Origin: Thermacetogeniaceae bacterium
GTDB lineage: Bacteria; Bacillota; DSM-12270; Thermacetogeniales; Thermacetogeniaceae
Reading direction: 5' to 3'
NCBI GenBank assembly: GCA_050010575.1
Contig: JBEKKU010000001.1
Span: 1 to 57,490 of the forward strand
Length of the DNA: 57,490 nt
Shown in pieces: positions 36,771 through 46,133 of this stretch (within the stretch, counting starts at the first letter, position 1; each line of letters begins with the position of its first letter). The notes under the pieces were generated by a model. That model worked only from the letters and a program-made list of their open reading frames with translations, made no database searches and had not been told where the DNA came from. The position numbers and the translations under genes are program-made.

Positions 36771-36941
36771 TTATTTTCCATGATAACCCCACTCCCGCTT
36801 ATTGTCTACCCGTCGCTCCACCGCTATGCAAGCCGGCAATAAAGAAAATAGCCCTTGCGGGCTTAATCTGTGACTAATAATATACTCCTTGATTTCCCGC
36901 AAATCCTCCAAGGCGGCCGGACTTACTCTTATCCTGGGCAT
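36771..36941 (-). pseudogene. ParE/RelE-like toxin N-terminal stub
   Basis: GGGAGG-N8-ATG opens MPRIRVSPAALEDLREIKEYII..., the typical ParE start (xxAxxDLxEIxxYI). The rest is unrelated and the terminator lies inside the 56-codon ORF. Confidence 0.4.
36838..36863 (-). terminator. rho-independent terminator
   Basis: The minus strand reads AGCCC-GCAA-GGGCT (GNRA loop) followed by ATTTTCTTTATT. Confidence 0.75.
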
Positions 36942-36982
36942 ACGTTAACCTCCCAGCCAAGCTTAGCCTAGGGGCTAGGTCA

Positions 36983-37258
36983 TTATTCTTCAAATATCAT
37001 GCTGATAACGCCTTTATTAATGGAGACAAATGAGGTGCGAGTTATCTCCTCTTGACTCTCTAAATCGTAGATAATCGCATTCGTGAGCGGTATGAAGCCT
37101 TCGGAACCGTTTAGCAGATCGGTGAGCCGCATTTTTGGAAAGCTATGGGCATCTGCCTTGATTATATTGCGATTGGTATAGATGGTAATATGCGTAGAAA
37201 GCTTCTTTTGCTTCAGTTCAGGATCTTGTTTGATCATCATCCCTGGTTGTTCGCTCAT
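36983..37258 (-). CDS. hypothetical 91-aa protein
   Basis: ORF with a strong SD (AAAGGAGGGAAAAG). No family was recognised with confidence. Confidence 0.5.
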   Translation of the reverse strand: MSEQPGMMIKQDPELKQKKLSTHITIYTNRNIIKADAHSFPKMRLTDLLNGSEGFIPLTNAIIYDLESQEEITRTSFVSINKGVISMIFEE

Positions 37259-37558
37259 GTTTCTTTTCCCTCCTTTGCGATTTTGATCGCAGATTCGGCC
37301 TGTCCTGCTCAGTCAGTAGAAACACAACTTCTCCCTCGTCAATTCTTTGGCGATCTGGTCGTTCATCGTGAGTTGTCTCACCCTGTCCATGTACGACCTC
37401 TTCGACCCCCTGTCCCGGTCATCCAGTTGCTCTGTCGGCATCTACGATTGTTGAGACCTGCTTATACTCAATGATTCCGCCTGGCCGTCCGAAAGAACCG
37501 TTCCCACATGCACGTTTCATAGCAATACCCTGTTCATGTTCAGAATAAGGAACACTTC

Positions 37559-40459
37559 TTAATTTTGTGTAATTAAAATATTCTTAGTACCAGTTATATT
37601 CGTCCCATCCGTAGATGTCGCTTGAACTGTGACTGTTCCTGGATAATTATGGCCCGCTGTCAGCAAACCATTACTATTAATTGTACTGCCGGTTGAACTG
37701 GGATCTAAAAGTGTCCATGTAACATTTTGGTTGGCACTTGCTGGCAACACTGTGGCATACATCTGCAGTGTTCTAGTAGTACGCGTACCAGAATGTTTCA
37801 AGGACGTCGCATTGCCTGCGCTGGTTACAGTGACGCTTGCCACAGGCGCAATTGTGATAATAGTATAGCTCTGAGATCCGGTGAAGCCATGGCTGTCGGT
37901 GGCGGTGATGGTGAAGCTAAAAGTGCCTGTCGCTGTCGGGGCGCCGGAGATGATGCCGCCGCCGCTCATATTGAGGCCCGTCGGCAAGGATCCGCTGGTG
38001 ACGCTGAAATTATAGGGTGACGTCCCGCCGGCGGCAGCGATAGTCTGTGAATAGGTGTTGTTTATAGTGCCATTCGGCAGCGAGGCCGGGTTGAAGGTAA
38101 TGGCCGGAGCGTTCACGGCCAGGATGTAGTATTGGCTGCCGGTATAACCATAGCTATCGGTGGCGGTGACAGTGAGCGGGAATCCGCCTGTACCCGCAGG
38201 AGTCCCTGACAGGATTCCGTTGTTGAAAGTAATGCCCGCAGGCAATGCACCGCTTTCGCTGAAGGCGTATGGTGATGATCCACCGCCGGCGGTGATGGTC
38301 TGGGAGTAGGAAACGTATGCGGTGGCAGCCGGCAGGGTGCCCGGGCTGAGGGTGATGGGCGGAGCATTGATCATCAGGGTATAGTTCTGGCTGGCGGTGA
38401 GGCCAAGGCTGTCGGTGGCAGTGATAGTGAAGCTGGCGCTGCCCGCCACAGTCGCAGTGCCGGAGATGGCGCTACCACTCATGGTGAAGCCTGCAGGCAG
38501 GGAACCGCTGGTGATGCTGAGGCCATAGGGCGGCGTCCCGCCGGTGGCGGTGATGGTCTGAGAGTAAGGAACATCGGCGGTAGCAGGCGGCAATATGGGT
38601 GGATTTACTACCATAGGAACAATGTTGACGGTGGTTTGCCCGGATTTACCGGATCCGTCAGTGGCCGTCGCTTTAACTGTAACTATTCCCAGCGTATTGC
38701 CGGCTATCAGCAAACCCCCGTAGGGATCGATGGTAGCATTCGTCCCGCCGGAGTTGGTAACCGACCATAGCACGGTCTGAAAAGCGTTTTCAGGCTGGGC
38801 GCTGGCCTGCATCTGTAATGACCCGCCCACAAGGGCCGCCGTCGCATTGCCCAAGCCTGCCACAGTGATGCTCGTCGTCCGTGCGAACGGTATTGGAGGG
38901 ATGGTTATCCTGTGCCAATTCAGGACGCCCCAGCCGGCAGATTGCGGCTCCAGATAATGCGGCGGTGTCTCATAATTCATGCGCGGGTCATACCAGTATT
39001 GTTTGCTATAACCGCTGCCATCAGTTTGCCCCACAGGGCCCCGGTACTGTTGAATTAGTGAGCCATATAGGTTGATGTTGCCATAATTATTACCCCAAAA
39101 ATCTTCAACCATGAAGCTGTAATTGACAGACATCGCGGCGGCATGGATGTTGATATTATATGGAGCATATGAGGTGGTGTCATTAGAAAATGTTGGTGTT
39201 GTTTGGGCTAAGTTGCTGGGGTTATAATACGGCCAGCCATATTCCAGGACCATGATATAGTTATTGGCAACCAGGCCGAGCATGTCGTCACCGTTACTGA
39301 CATTGGCATCGGCAAGACGGCTGGCGTTAGCGCTGAACGTGGTCCTGCCGTAGATCAGACCATATGAATTACTGCTGCTCCCGATATTTGTTAATAATGT
39401 ACCGGTTGGAACTGACCCTGTGGGATCCACCGCCGTGATATAGATTCCGTTTGCGGCCGCAATCGTCAGGTGCCCCTGCAGTCCCTGCGGCTGGCCGGTA
39501 TTATCATAGCTGGAGACAAAGACATTACCGCGCGTCAGGATGAATTTTTCATCTTTGTTATATTGAGACGATGAGACTGCACTTGTTTGATCGGTGTCCC
39601 CGACGTCCCCGCTGGCATTATCGACGTAGATAACCCCGTTGGAGGGAAAGGGAACGTTTCGTCTGACGATAAAAATATGATAAGTTGAAGTATGCGCCGG
39701 ATTGCAGTCATAGTTTACATAATCAAATTGATTGCCGTGCAGGTAGATGCAGGTACGCCCCATCAGATATAGGCCGGCCTTTTTAGCATATGTCGCCATC
39801 TGAGAGTTGCTCTGGGGGAATGTCAGCGTCTGGACGCGCACGGGAGGGCCCGCATTATAACTGGGGGTACTTCCTGACTGAACGTTGGGCGAGCTGCCGG
39901 CATATTCCACCGTGCCATCAAAGATTGGACTGCCCTGGATATTGAGGGTGCCGTTGGTTGACAGCGGACCGTGCATCTCGTCGCCTGTGAACCACCAGAC
40001 CAGGCCCCCGCCAGGGCTGGTTTCGTTATTGCTCTCGTATACGCTGTTAGTGAACAGGCGTTTTGACACCGTGGCCTGGAAGGTGTACTGGTTGCCCGGG
40101 TCGCTGGCCAGCCAGCCAGTGCAGGTCAGTGTGGCGATCGACGGCGAGGCGCCGCTGGCAGCCTGATTCTGCTCAGTCACGTAATAATAACCATTTCCAT
40201 CTGGATAATAGCCAGAAAATGTGGCACTATTCTGCTTGAAGAAATCATAGTCATGGTTAAGGCCCCATAAATATTTGTTCAATCCGGTTTCTGCCACATA
40301 TTCCGCAGTGTATTTATGGGCATTGGCATTGTTCATCCTAAGCCGGGCCATATACAGTGCCACAAAACCAAACGCCACAATCATGACGCATGCCATGATG
40401 ATCATCACGACCGCCAGGGCCATGCCCCGTTGAGAAGAAGCAGGCTTCTCACGCATCAT
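37559..40459 (-). CDS. 966-aa PilX-N-domain pilus-associated protein with a beta-helix-like core, three tandem Ig-like (He_PIG-type) repeats and two Big_2-like domains; putative pilus adhesin
   Basis: Start reassigned to ATG 40459, which overlaps the upstream stop as ATGA. The N-terminus SSQRGMALAVVMIIMACVMIVAFGFVAL is PilX_N-like. The C-terminal half carries the repeats listed below. Confidence 0.8.
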   Translation of the reverse strand: MMREKPASSQRGMALAVVMIIMACVMIVAFGFVALYMARLRMNNANAHKYTAEYVAETGLNKYLWGLNHDYDFFKQNSATFSGYYPDGNGYYYVTEQNQAASGASPSIATLTCTGWLASDPGNQYTFQATVSKRLFTNSVYESNNETSPGGGLVWWFTGDEMHGPLSTNGTLNIQGSPIFDGTVEYAGSSPNVQSGSTPSYNAGPPVRVQTLTFPQSNSQMATYAKKAGLYLMGRTCIYLHGNQFDYVNYDCNPAHTSTYHIFIVRRNVPFPSNGVIYVDNASGDVGDTDQTSAVSSSQYNKDEKFILTRGNVFVSSYDNTGQPQGLQGHLTIAAANGIYITAVDPTGSVPTGTLLTNIGSSSNSYGLIYGRTTFSANASRLADANVSNGDDMLGLVANNYIMVLEYGWPYYNPSNLAQTTPTFSNDTTSYAPYNINIHAAAMSVNYSFMVEDFWGNNYGNINLYGSLIQQYRGPVGQTDGSGYSKQYWYDPRMNYETPPHYLEPQSAGWGVLNWHRITIPPIPFARTTSITVAGLGNATAALVGGSLQMQASAQPENAFQTVLWSVTNSGGTNATIDPYGGLLIAGNTLGIVTVKATATDGSGKSGQTTVNIVPMVVNPPILPPATADVPYSQTITATGGTPPYGLSITSGSLPAGFTMSGSAISGTATVAGSASFTITATDSLGLTASQNYTLMINAPPITLSPGTLPAATAYVSYSQTITAGGGSSPYAFSESGALPAGITFNNGILSGTPAGTGGFPLTVTATDSYGYTGSQYYILAVNAPAITFNPASLPNGTINNTYSQTIAAAGGTSPYNFSVTSGSLPTGLNMSGGGIISGAPTATGTFSFTITATDSHGFTGSQSYTIITIAPVASVTVTSAGNATSLKHSGTRTTRTLQMYATVLPASANQNVTWTLLDPSSTGSTINSNGLLTAGHNYPGTVTVQATSTDGTNITGTKNILITQN
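37850..38602 (-). repeat. three tandem 79-87-codon Ig-like repeats inside the adhesin gene
   Basis: Each unit reads ...P..Y.QTI.A.GG..PY.F......LP.G......G.ISGT....G...F.ITATDS.G.T.SQ.Y.L.I. Similarity is at protein level; the nucleotide sequence has diverged. Confidence 0.8.
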
Positions 40460-41136
40460 TGTGCCCCCACTCCCTGCAGGCTTAGATTTCCCTGTAAACT
40501 GAATATTGGATTGAAGACTATTGAGATATTGGGCCTGCCAGTATCTTTTAGTGTCAGCGTCGCCATGCTCAGGCCGGGATGATCGGGGTTTGTCGTGGTA
40601 ATGGTAAAGATGGGAGGCGTGCTCCCCGCAGTGGTGACATTGTTCAATAACGTCGTCCACTGGGCAGGGGTAGAGGTGGTGAATACCCCAGAGGCATTGG
40701 GTTGAACAATACCCCGTTGCAAAGCGTAGTAATTTTGCAGCGCCAACTGCTGCAGCCTAAAATGCACCTGCACCGGCGCAGAATCAGAAGCTGCGATTAT
40801 TTCGTAGAAAATGACCTCATATCCGGCATTCGCGCCTGTCGTGGTCACATTTATGGCCTTTGCGTAGGACGTATTTGATGCCAGCGAGTAATACTGCGCC
40901 TGTTTGATGTCAGTCTCCATTGTATTCATAGCAGTTTGGGCCTGGCGCTGCAGTTGTTCCGCTATCATCCCGTCGGCCCAGCTTCTATAGGCAAAGCCAT
41001 ATAAATGGCACACTGTATAGATGATCATGCTGAGGATCGCCATCGCTACCAGCATCTCGAGCAGGGTCATCCCCTGCTGGCATGCCCTCTCGGTGATCGC
41101 AGCCGTCCCATCACTGTTCATGCTTTTTCCCTTCAT
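40456..41136 (-). CDS. prepilin-type minor pilin (PilW-like)
   Basis: 226 aa with class III signal ...CQQG/MTLLEMLVAMAILSMII. Confidence 0.8.
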   Translation of the reverse strand: MKGKSMNSDGTAAITERACQQGMTLLEMLVAMAILSMIIYTVCHLYGFAYRSWADGMIAEQLQRQAQTAMNTMETDIKQAQYYSLASNTSYAKAINVTTTGANAGYEVIFYEIIAASDSAPVQVHFRLQQLALQNYYALQRGIVQPNASGVFTTSTPAQWTTLLNNVTTAGSTPPIFTITTTNPDHPGLSMATLTLKDTGRPNISIVFNPIFSLQGNLSLQGVGAQ

Positions 41137-41172
41137 CTCGTCTCTCCAAATATAATGCTATGTGATCGCAAG

Positions 41173-42711
41173 CTAAAGCTGTGCCGTGTATATTGTCAGA
41201 GTGGTACTCGATTGCTTCGTGCCGTCTGCCTGCGAGCCACACTGCATCTCTAGACCATAGCTATTGATCCAGAAGGCGTCATTATAAATTGCCGTTGTGT
41301 AGAGGGCCTTCGATACCTGAATGCCGTAAGTGGTATAGATACTTCCCTCGCTGGCGCTTGCCGGTGGCAAAGAGTTTGGTGTGAGGGAGTAGGGAGTGGT
41401 CGCATTAAATACGACGCTGCCATTGCTGTCGGTAGTGCCCGTAGCCATCAGCTCTCCCTGAGCCGGCGCGGTATCCCATGCCCCGCTGTGGTATGTGTGC
41501 GTGTCAAGATATACATTCACTGTGGCACCGGAAATATTCGTTCCCGCGCTAACAACCTTCACCTGTGGAAGTGGCACCAGTTTCAGGGGAACCTGCTTAT
41601 TTTCTCCCGGACCGCTGAATGTTCCGTCCCAATCAGGCAGGGGCAGCACCGGGGAAGAAATATTATAGCTATAATATCCGGGCGCGGCCACCTGAAGCCC
41701 GTACGAATCATGCCAACCGTCGCCTACTGGCCATAGATCGTCTCCAATGGTGTAAGCCGGCCCTGAACCGCCATAAGGCCCAGAAACAGTATACGTTTTA
41801 GAGGCCAGGCTGCCGGTATATCCGAAATCGGATGGCCAGGTCAGCGTTACTGTGCCGCTGAATCCACTGTCAACCTGACTATAGGTGGAAATTCCATTCG
41901 CCAGTTGCAGGTAATTAAAATTTATGGCAAGATGGCAGGGTGTTTCCACATGAATCTTCTTAATAGTCGTATTATCGGTGCTGGTTACCGTAACATTCAT
42001 ATTGCTGTTGGAGTCTCCCGGAAATTCAATCATTCCGGAGCCGCTGAGATTGACGCTTGGCGTGTAACTGCCGGCAGATAGCCCGGCAAAAATAACACCT
42101 CCGGTGTAAACGTCCGTCGGCATATCATAAGTGACCGGCCCGGCGAGATGAAGATTGATATTGCCGACCGGGATGGGGTTGAGATCTGGATTCGGATCTG
42201 TATTCCAGCCCTTATACGTATAAACAATAATATTGCTGCCGGGAAGGTCCTGTTCCTCGCCCTCCATCGAGGCCCTGCTGTAAAGCTTGATATCCTGGTA
42301 TATCTGCAATCCGTTCTTTGCGGTCACTTCTACATAAATATCCTTGTAATCGGTTTGAATCACGTCGGTATCAGACCTTGAAGGGTCTCGCGCCCACCAT
42401 ACGGTAGTAGTAACATGATAAGTAATACAGCTATTTGGATATGTAACATCCTGGTCATGTAAAAAGTAAGTGCTGGAAGGGTTGCCACCAATTGTTCCAA
42501 TCTGATTCCAGGGCATTGATCTAACTGCCTCAAGCCTACTTTGAGCCAGGTTTGTGGCCACCACCTTGGTAATATTTTTTATATTGCCGATCTGGATAAA
42601 TGAATATAAAGGAACTAGCCCTATAATCATCATTGCCACTACTAGCATAGCGACGATCGCTTCGACCAGGGTGAAACCACTCTGTTTCTGCATATTATTC
42701 TGTTTGCGCAT
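41173..42711 (-). CDS. large prepilin-type minor pilin (PilV-like) with CarboxypepD_reg-like segment
   Basis: Class III signal KQSG/FTLVEAIVAMLVVAMMI. The start is uncertain (ATG 42753, 42711 or 42693). 42711 lies 7 nt after the stop of an SD-driven 14-codon uORF. Confidence 0.8.
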   Translation of the reverse strand: MRKQNNMQKQSGFTLVEAIVAMLVVAMMIIGLVPLYSFIQIGNIKNITKVVATNLAQSRLEAVRSMPWNQIGTIGGNPSSTYFLHDQDVTYPNSCITYHVTTTVWWARDPSRSDTDVIQTDYKDIYVEVTAKNGLQIYQDIKLYSRASMEGEEQDLPGSNIIVYTYKGWNTDPNPDLNPIPVGNINLHLAGPVTYDMPTDVYTGGVIFAGLSAGSYTPSVNLSGSGMIEFPGDSNSNMNVTVTSTDNTTIKKIHVETPCHLAINFNYLQLANGISTYSQVDSGFSGTVTLTWPSDFGYTGSLASKTYTVSGPYGGSGPAYTIGDDLWPVGDGWHDSYGLQVAAPGYYSYNISSPVLPLPDWDGTFSGPGENKQVPLKLVPLPQVKVVSAGTNISGATVNVYLDTHTYHSGAWDTAPAQGELMATGTTDSNGSVVFNATTPYSLTPNSLPPASASEGSIYTTYGIQVSKALYTTAIYNDAFWINSYGLEMQCGSQADGTKQSSTTLTIYTAQL

Positions 42712-43347
42712 TATTTCGTCATGCAAAGCAGTCAATTCGCATAATTCTACCATATTTTTGCATTTTAGCTCCTTTGCATAACATATTATTGCTTATTAAT
42801 TTAATAATAACTATTATTTAGCCAATATTTTAAACAAGTTGAAGAGAATTAGGGTTTATTATGTTTTGGTGATATCGTTGTTCTGTCATACTGGGTATAT
42901 AGTCCTAGTCTTATTATCCTATATCTGAATAGATTCCCCATCTAAATTGTAACTTAATTCTTTCTATATAATACTTTAATTCCATCTCTATGTCTACATT
43001 TTATAATATCAACTATCATATTGGCATGCTTTCCAGATCATCGGCAGGAAATCCACCGACAAATATAGAATACCGCACCGCATCTCAAAGGAATATCACT
43101 ATACATCATTGTGTACTCTAAGTGGAGAACTTTTTTACTGTCAAGTTATAACAATTGTACTTCTATTGATTATGATTTTTAGCATAGACCTGCCTGCCTC
43201 GCCTCTGAGCAGATTGCCATAGTGGCCCTGGTACAAGGTGATGACCACCGGGCCAAACCTTAAGGCAAGGCCCTTCTGGATAACCGCTAGGATGAGATTC
43301 TTCAACGCCAGCAGGGAAAACGGAGCCAGGGCGCAGCTGATCCGCTA

Positions 43348-43854
43348 TCAGGATCCGTGGATCTCCCAGCTTTCCGGCGGCCGGTCACTGACCCGGACCC
43401 GGCCGGTGATCGCCGCCACGATCACATACAGTTGCTGACGGCTGTTAGCCTTGTTCGTCAGGGTGATGGTGCCGCCGTTTGCGCTTCCTTCAAGGCATGG
43501 TATAGTTAGCATTTTTTTAGGAAAGTTGGATTCCAGGGTGAGGGAGGCGGGCAGATGGACCATGGGAGTATCGCTTATGTAAACTGCCGTTTTTTTGATC
43601 AGATAGGCGTTGCCGGGATCCTGATAGAATTGGATGCCATATGGGCTATTCTCGGCAAAAGCGCGCTGTTGAGTAGTCCGGATCTCCTGCGCCAGCCGGT
43701 CGCTGGCCAACCGCAGGTTTACCGTCGCCGTCAACCGGGTGAGGCTCAGGACTGTGCCAGCCGTCAGTCCAGCCAGTATCAATATGGCGATCATGACCTC
43801 GATCATGGTAAAGCCGGTCTCTCTACCTGGCGCCTGAATGATCTTTATTTTCAT
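43348..43854 (-). CDS. prepilin-type minor pilin (GspH/FimT-like)
   Basis: MKIKIIQAPGRETG/FTMIEVMIAILILAG. The ATG at 43854 lies just after the pilD stop; the longer ORF-track start overlaps pilD. Confidence 0.82.
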   Translation of the reverse strand: MKIKIIQAPGRETGFTMIEVMIAILILAGLTAGTVLSLTRLTATVNLRLASDRLAQEIRTTQQRAFAENSPYGIQFYQDPGNAYLIKKTAVYISDTPMVHLPASLTLESNFPKKMLTIPCLEGSANGGTITLTNKANSRQQLYVIVAAITGRVRVSDRPPESWEIHGS

Positions 43855-43859
43855 CGATT

Positions 43860-44663
43860 TCACCCCAGAGGGCCGAATAGTAGTTTGAGGATCTGGCCGC
43901 CCCACAACAAGGCGACCATAGTGCCCAGGGCGATGAAGGGGCCAAAGGGGATCGAGTCCTTGCGCCCTTTGATTCCGGTCAGGAGCAGAATAATTGCCAG
44001 CAGTCCCCCGGCGCAGGCCCCGGCAAACAGGCCCACCAAGCCTTGTGGCCACCCCAGGAAGAGCCCGGTCACCAGTGCCAGTTTGACATCACCCATTCCC
44101 ATCCCCCCCCGGCTGATCAGGGCAACCAGGAACAGGAACCCGGAGCAGGAGACGGCGCCCAGCAGTGCCGACCAGAAGCTGGTATCCCGGACGATGAACC
44201 CGGCAGCGATGCCGAAGATGACCCCCGTCAGCACCAGGCAGTCGGGAATGAGGAAATGTTCCAGGTCGATGAAGGAGACGGCCACCAGCAGGGCGGCCAG
44301 GAACAGATACTTGAGCAGCGCTGTGACCAGCCCGAAATGAAGATACAGGATCAGGAACAGGGCGGCAGTCAGGAACTCCACCAGCGGGTAGCGCCAGGAG
44401 ATCGGCGCCCGGCAGGACCGGCATCGGCCTCTGAGCAGCAGGTAGCTCACCAGGGGAATGAGGTCATACCAGGCAATCTCCCGGTGGCAGTCAGGGCAGT
44501 GCGACCGCCTGACCACGATCGATTCCCCCCTGGGCAGCCGGTAGATGACCACATTGAGGAAACTGCCGATACAGAGGCCGAACACGGTTACGACCGCTAT
44601 TTCGAAGGCGGCAAATTGGGAGTCGCCAGCCAGGACACCGGCAGAGACTGCATTGATCATCAT
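43860..44663 (-). CDS. pilD: prepilin peptidase / N-methyltransferase (A24)
   Basis: 267 aa with CPDCHREI...CRSCRAPI Cys motifs, catalytic Asp contexts (FIDLEHFLIPD, GMGMGDVKL) and multiple TM segments. Confidence 0.93.
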   Translation of the reverse strand: MMINAVSAGVLAGDSQFAAFEIAVVTVFGLCIGSFLNVVIYRLPRGESIVVRRSHCPDCHREIAWYDLIPLVSYLLLRGRCRSCRAPISWRYPLVEFLTAALFLILYLHFGLVTALLKYLFLAALLVAVSFIDLEHFLIPDCLVLTGVIFGIAAGFIVRDTSFWSALLGAVSCSGFLFLVALISRGGMGMGDVKLALVTGLFLGWPQGLVGLFAGACAGGLLAIILLLTGIKGRKDSIPFGPFIALGTMVALLWGGQILKLLFGPLG

Positions 44664-45508
44664 TTCACCGCAGTTTTGTGGCTGACCTGCTTACTAGGGC
44701 GCAGGCTGGAGCTAGATGATCGGGTTATCTTGCGCTGTATGCGCAAGGGCTGCTGCAAGGAGCCAGCGTTTAACGGCTGCAAGGGCACAGGCTGAGGCAA
44801 GATCTCCAAATACGGCAGTGACGAAGCACCGCTGGCTGGCTGGAATATGTTGCCGCGGCCAATCGCCCATTTTCTGATCTCCTCCAGGCTGATCTTCTCC
44901 TGTGGTGTATTCGCCATGTAAATGATGACGCTCATGGAGATCGTGACGTCGCCAGGGTTATCTAGGCCCTGGATATAGGAGTTGGGGGGGGCAGCGCTCG
45001 GGCTATTGGTAGTCTGTCCGCTGCTGACCTGCGCGCCCTGAATTTTAAACATCCTGATCTCGCTCAGATTGGGCAGGCGTTCGATATCGGCACAGAAGTT
45101 GATGATGTTGGGATAATCGCCCTGCGCCGTGATGTTCAGAGGCAATTCCTGGTAGTTTGGCTTGACGGTAATATCTCCGGGCGTGATCGACATGATCTGC
45201 ACCTGGGAGGTGGCGGCCTGCAATCCCAGCAGGATCACGTTGGAGCCGTCCCGCATCTCGGTGTCGAACAGCTGGCCATACTTGTCCAGATCCAGGTTTG
45301 CCTGATTATATTGGTCCTTGACCATTTTTAGGGAATTAGCGACGCTGCGGGCGGTATTCACCTTGGCCCGCAGGTCATTCAATTCTGCGCTCATCTGCAG
45401 GTAGACCTGCACCTTCGGCACCACCACAAAATAGACTACCGCCACTAGGAGCGCCAGGGCTACGGGAATAACAACCAGCAACTGCTGCTTTTTATCCATG
45501 CAACTCAT
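44660..45508 (-). CDS. pilO: type IV pilus assembly protein PilO-like
   Basis: 282 aa with N-terminal TM, coiled coil and a PilO-like ferredoxin-type domain (LPLNITAQGDYPNIINFCADIERLPNL). ATGA overlap with pilD. Confidence 0.8.
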   Translation of the reverse strand: MSCMDKKQQLLVVIPVALALLVAVVYFVVVPKVQVYLQMSAELNDLRAKVNTARSVANSLKMVKDQYNQANLDLDKYGQLFDTEMRDGSNVILLGLQAATSQVQIMSITPGDITVKPNYQELPLNITAQGDYPNIINFCADIERLPNLSEIRMFKIQGAQVSSGQTTNSPSAAPPNSYIQGLDNPGDVTISMSVIIYMANTPQEKISLEEIRKWAIGRGNIFQPASGASSLPYLEILPQPVPLQPLNAGSLQQPLRIQRKITRSSSSSLRPSKQVSHKTAVK

Positions 45509-46133
45509 CCTTTACATAGGCAGTGATTTCAAAACTGTTGCCCCCGGTCTGGGCGGTGATCGTCTTGATCACCACATCCTTGAAGTAGGGGAGTTGCCTC
45601 ATGTTCTGAACAAAGATGCCTACTGAAGGCACACTGAGTGCCATCCCCTTGACTGTGACTGTGTCGGGAAAGGGCACCGGCTCAGTATTATTCTGGGCAA
45701 TGGAGGCGGCAGGGACCTTTCCGGCAGGCGTGGCCGTGCCCGTTTTGGGCTGGCTGGCGTTGGTCAGATCCAACTCCACCAGCCAGAGATCGGTCGGGGC
45801 GATGTCATCAAGTTCATAGAGCAGGCTGGACCATGTAACCTGCCGGTTCAGCAGAACCTTATAGCCAGTCACGATGCCCTGCATCATTTTGGTCTGGCCC
45901 TGCAAGGTCTGCACGTAGTTAACTGATGGTTGCAGGCTGGCCAGCTGGCTGGTTTCGGAGGCGATCTCCTGGCGCATATCGAAGTAATTCACCACAAAAA
46001 AGATAGCGGCCCCCAGCACCAGCATCGTCAAGGTGACACTGACCGCCAGAATCAATAGGCGGCGCATATCGATCAATTCTTCGCGCTGCAGATTTGGTGG
46101 CAGCAGGTTGACTTTGTACATCGGTTCGCTCAT
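45492..46133 (-). CDS. pilN: type IV pilus assembly protein PilN-like
   Basis: 213 aa with N-terminal YKVNLLPPNLQRE plus a TM segment, typical of PilN. Confidence 0.82.
   Translation of the reverse strand: MSEPMYKVNLLPPNLQREELIDMRRLLILAVSVTLTMLVLGAAIFFVVNYFDMRQEIASETSQLASLQPSVNYVQTLQGQTKMMQGIVTGYKVLLNRQVTWSSLLYELDDIAPTDLWLVELDLTNASQPKTGTATPAGKVPAASIAQNNTEPVPFPDTVTVKGMALSVPSVGIFVQNMRQLPYFKDVVIKTITAQTGGNSFEITAYVKDELHG

Noticed and set aside
40460-40660. The N-terminal 67 codons of the 1033-aa ORF (MDDVIEQCHHCGEH...), which would add a Cys/His-rich extension.
   Set aside because: This stretch fully overlaps the 3' end of the upstream PilW-like gene in another frame. The ATG at 40459 gives an ATGA coupling and a PilX_N-type N-terminus, so the extension is an ORF-calling artefact.
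43195-43347. An open frame continuing directly after the double stop (TGA TAG) of the GspH-like pilin (…RISCALAPFSLLALKNLILAVIQKGLALRFGPVVITLYQGHYGNLLRGEAGRS…), suggesting read-through or a gene remnant.
   Set aside because: It has no start codon and no recognisable family, and two consecutive stops make read-through implausible. It may be decayed coding sequence, but I cannot support that from the sequence alone.
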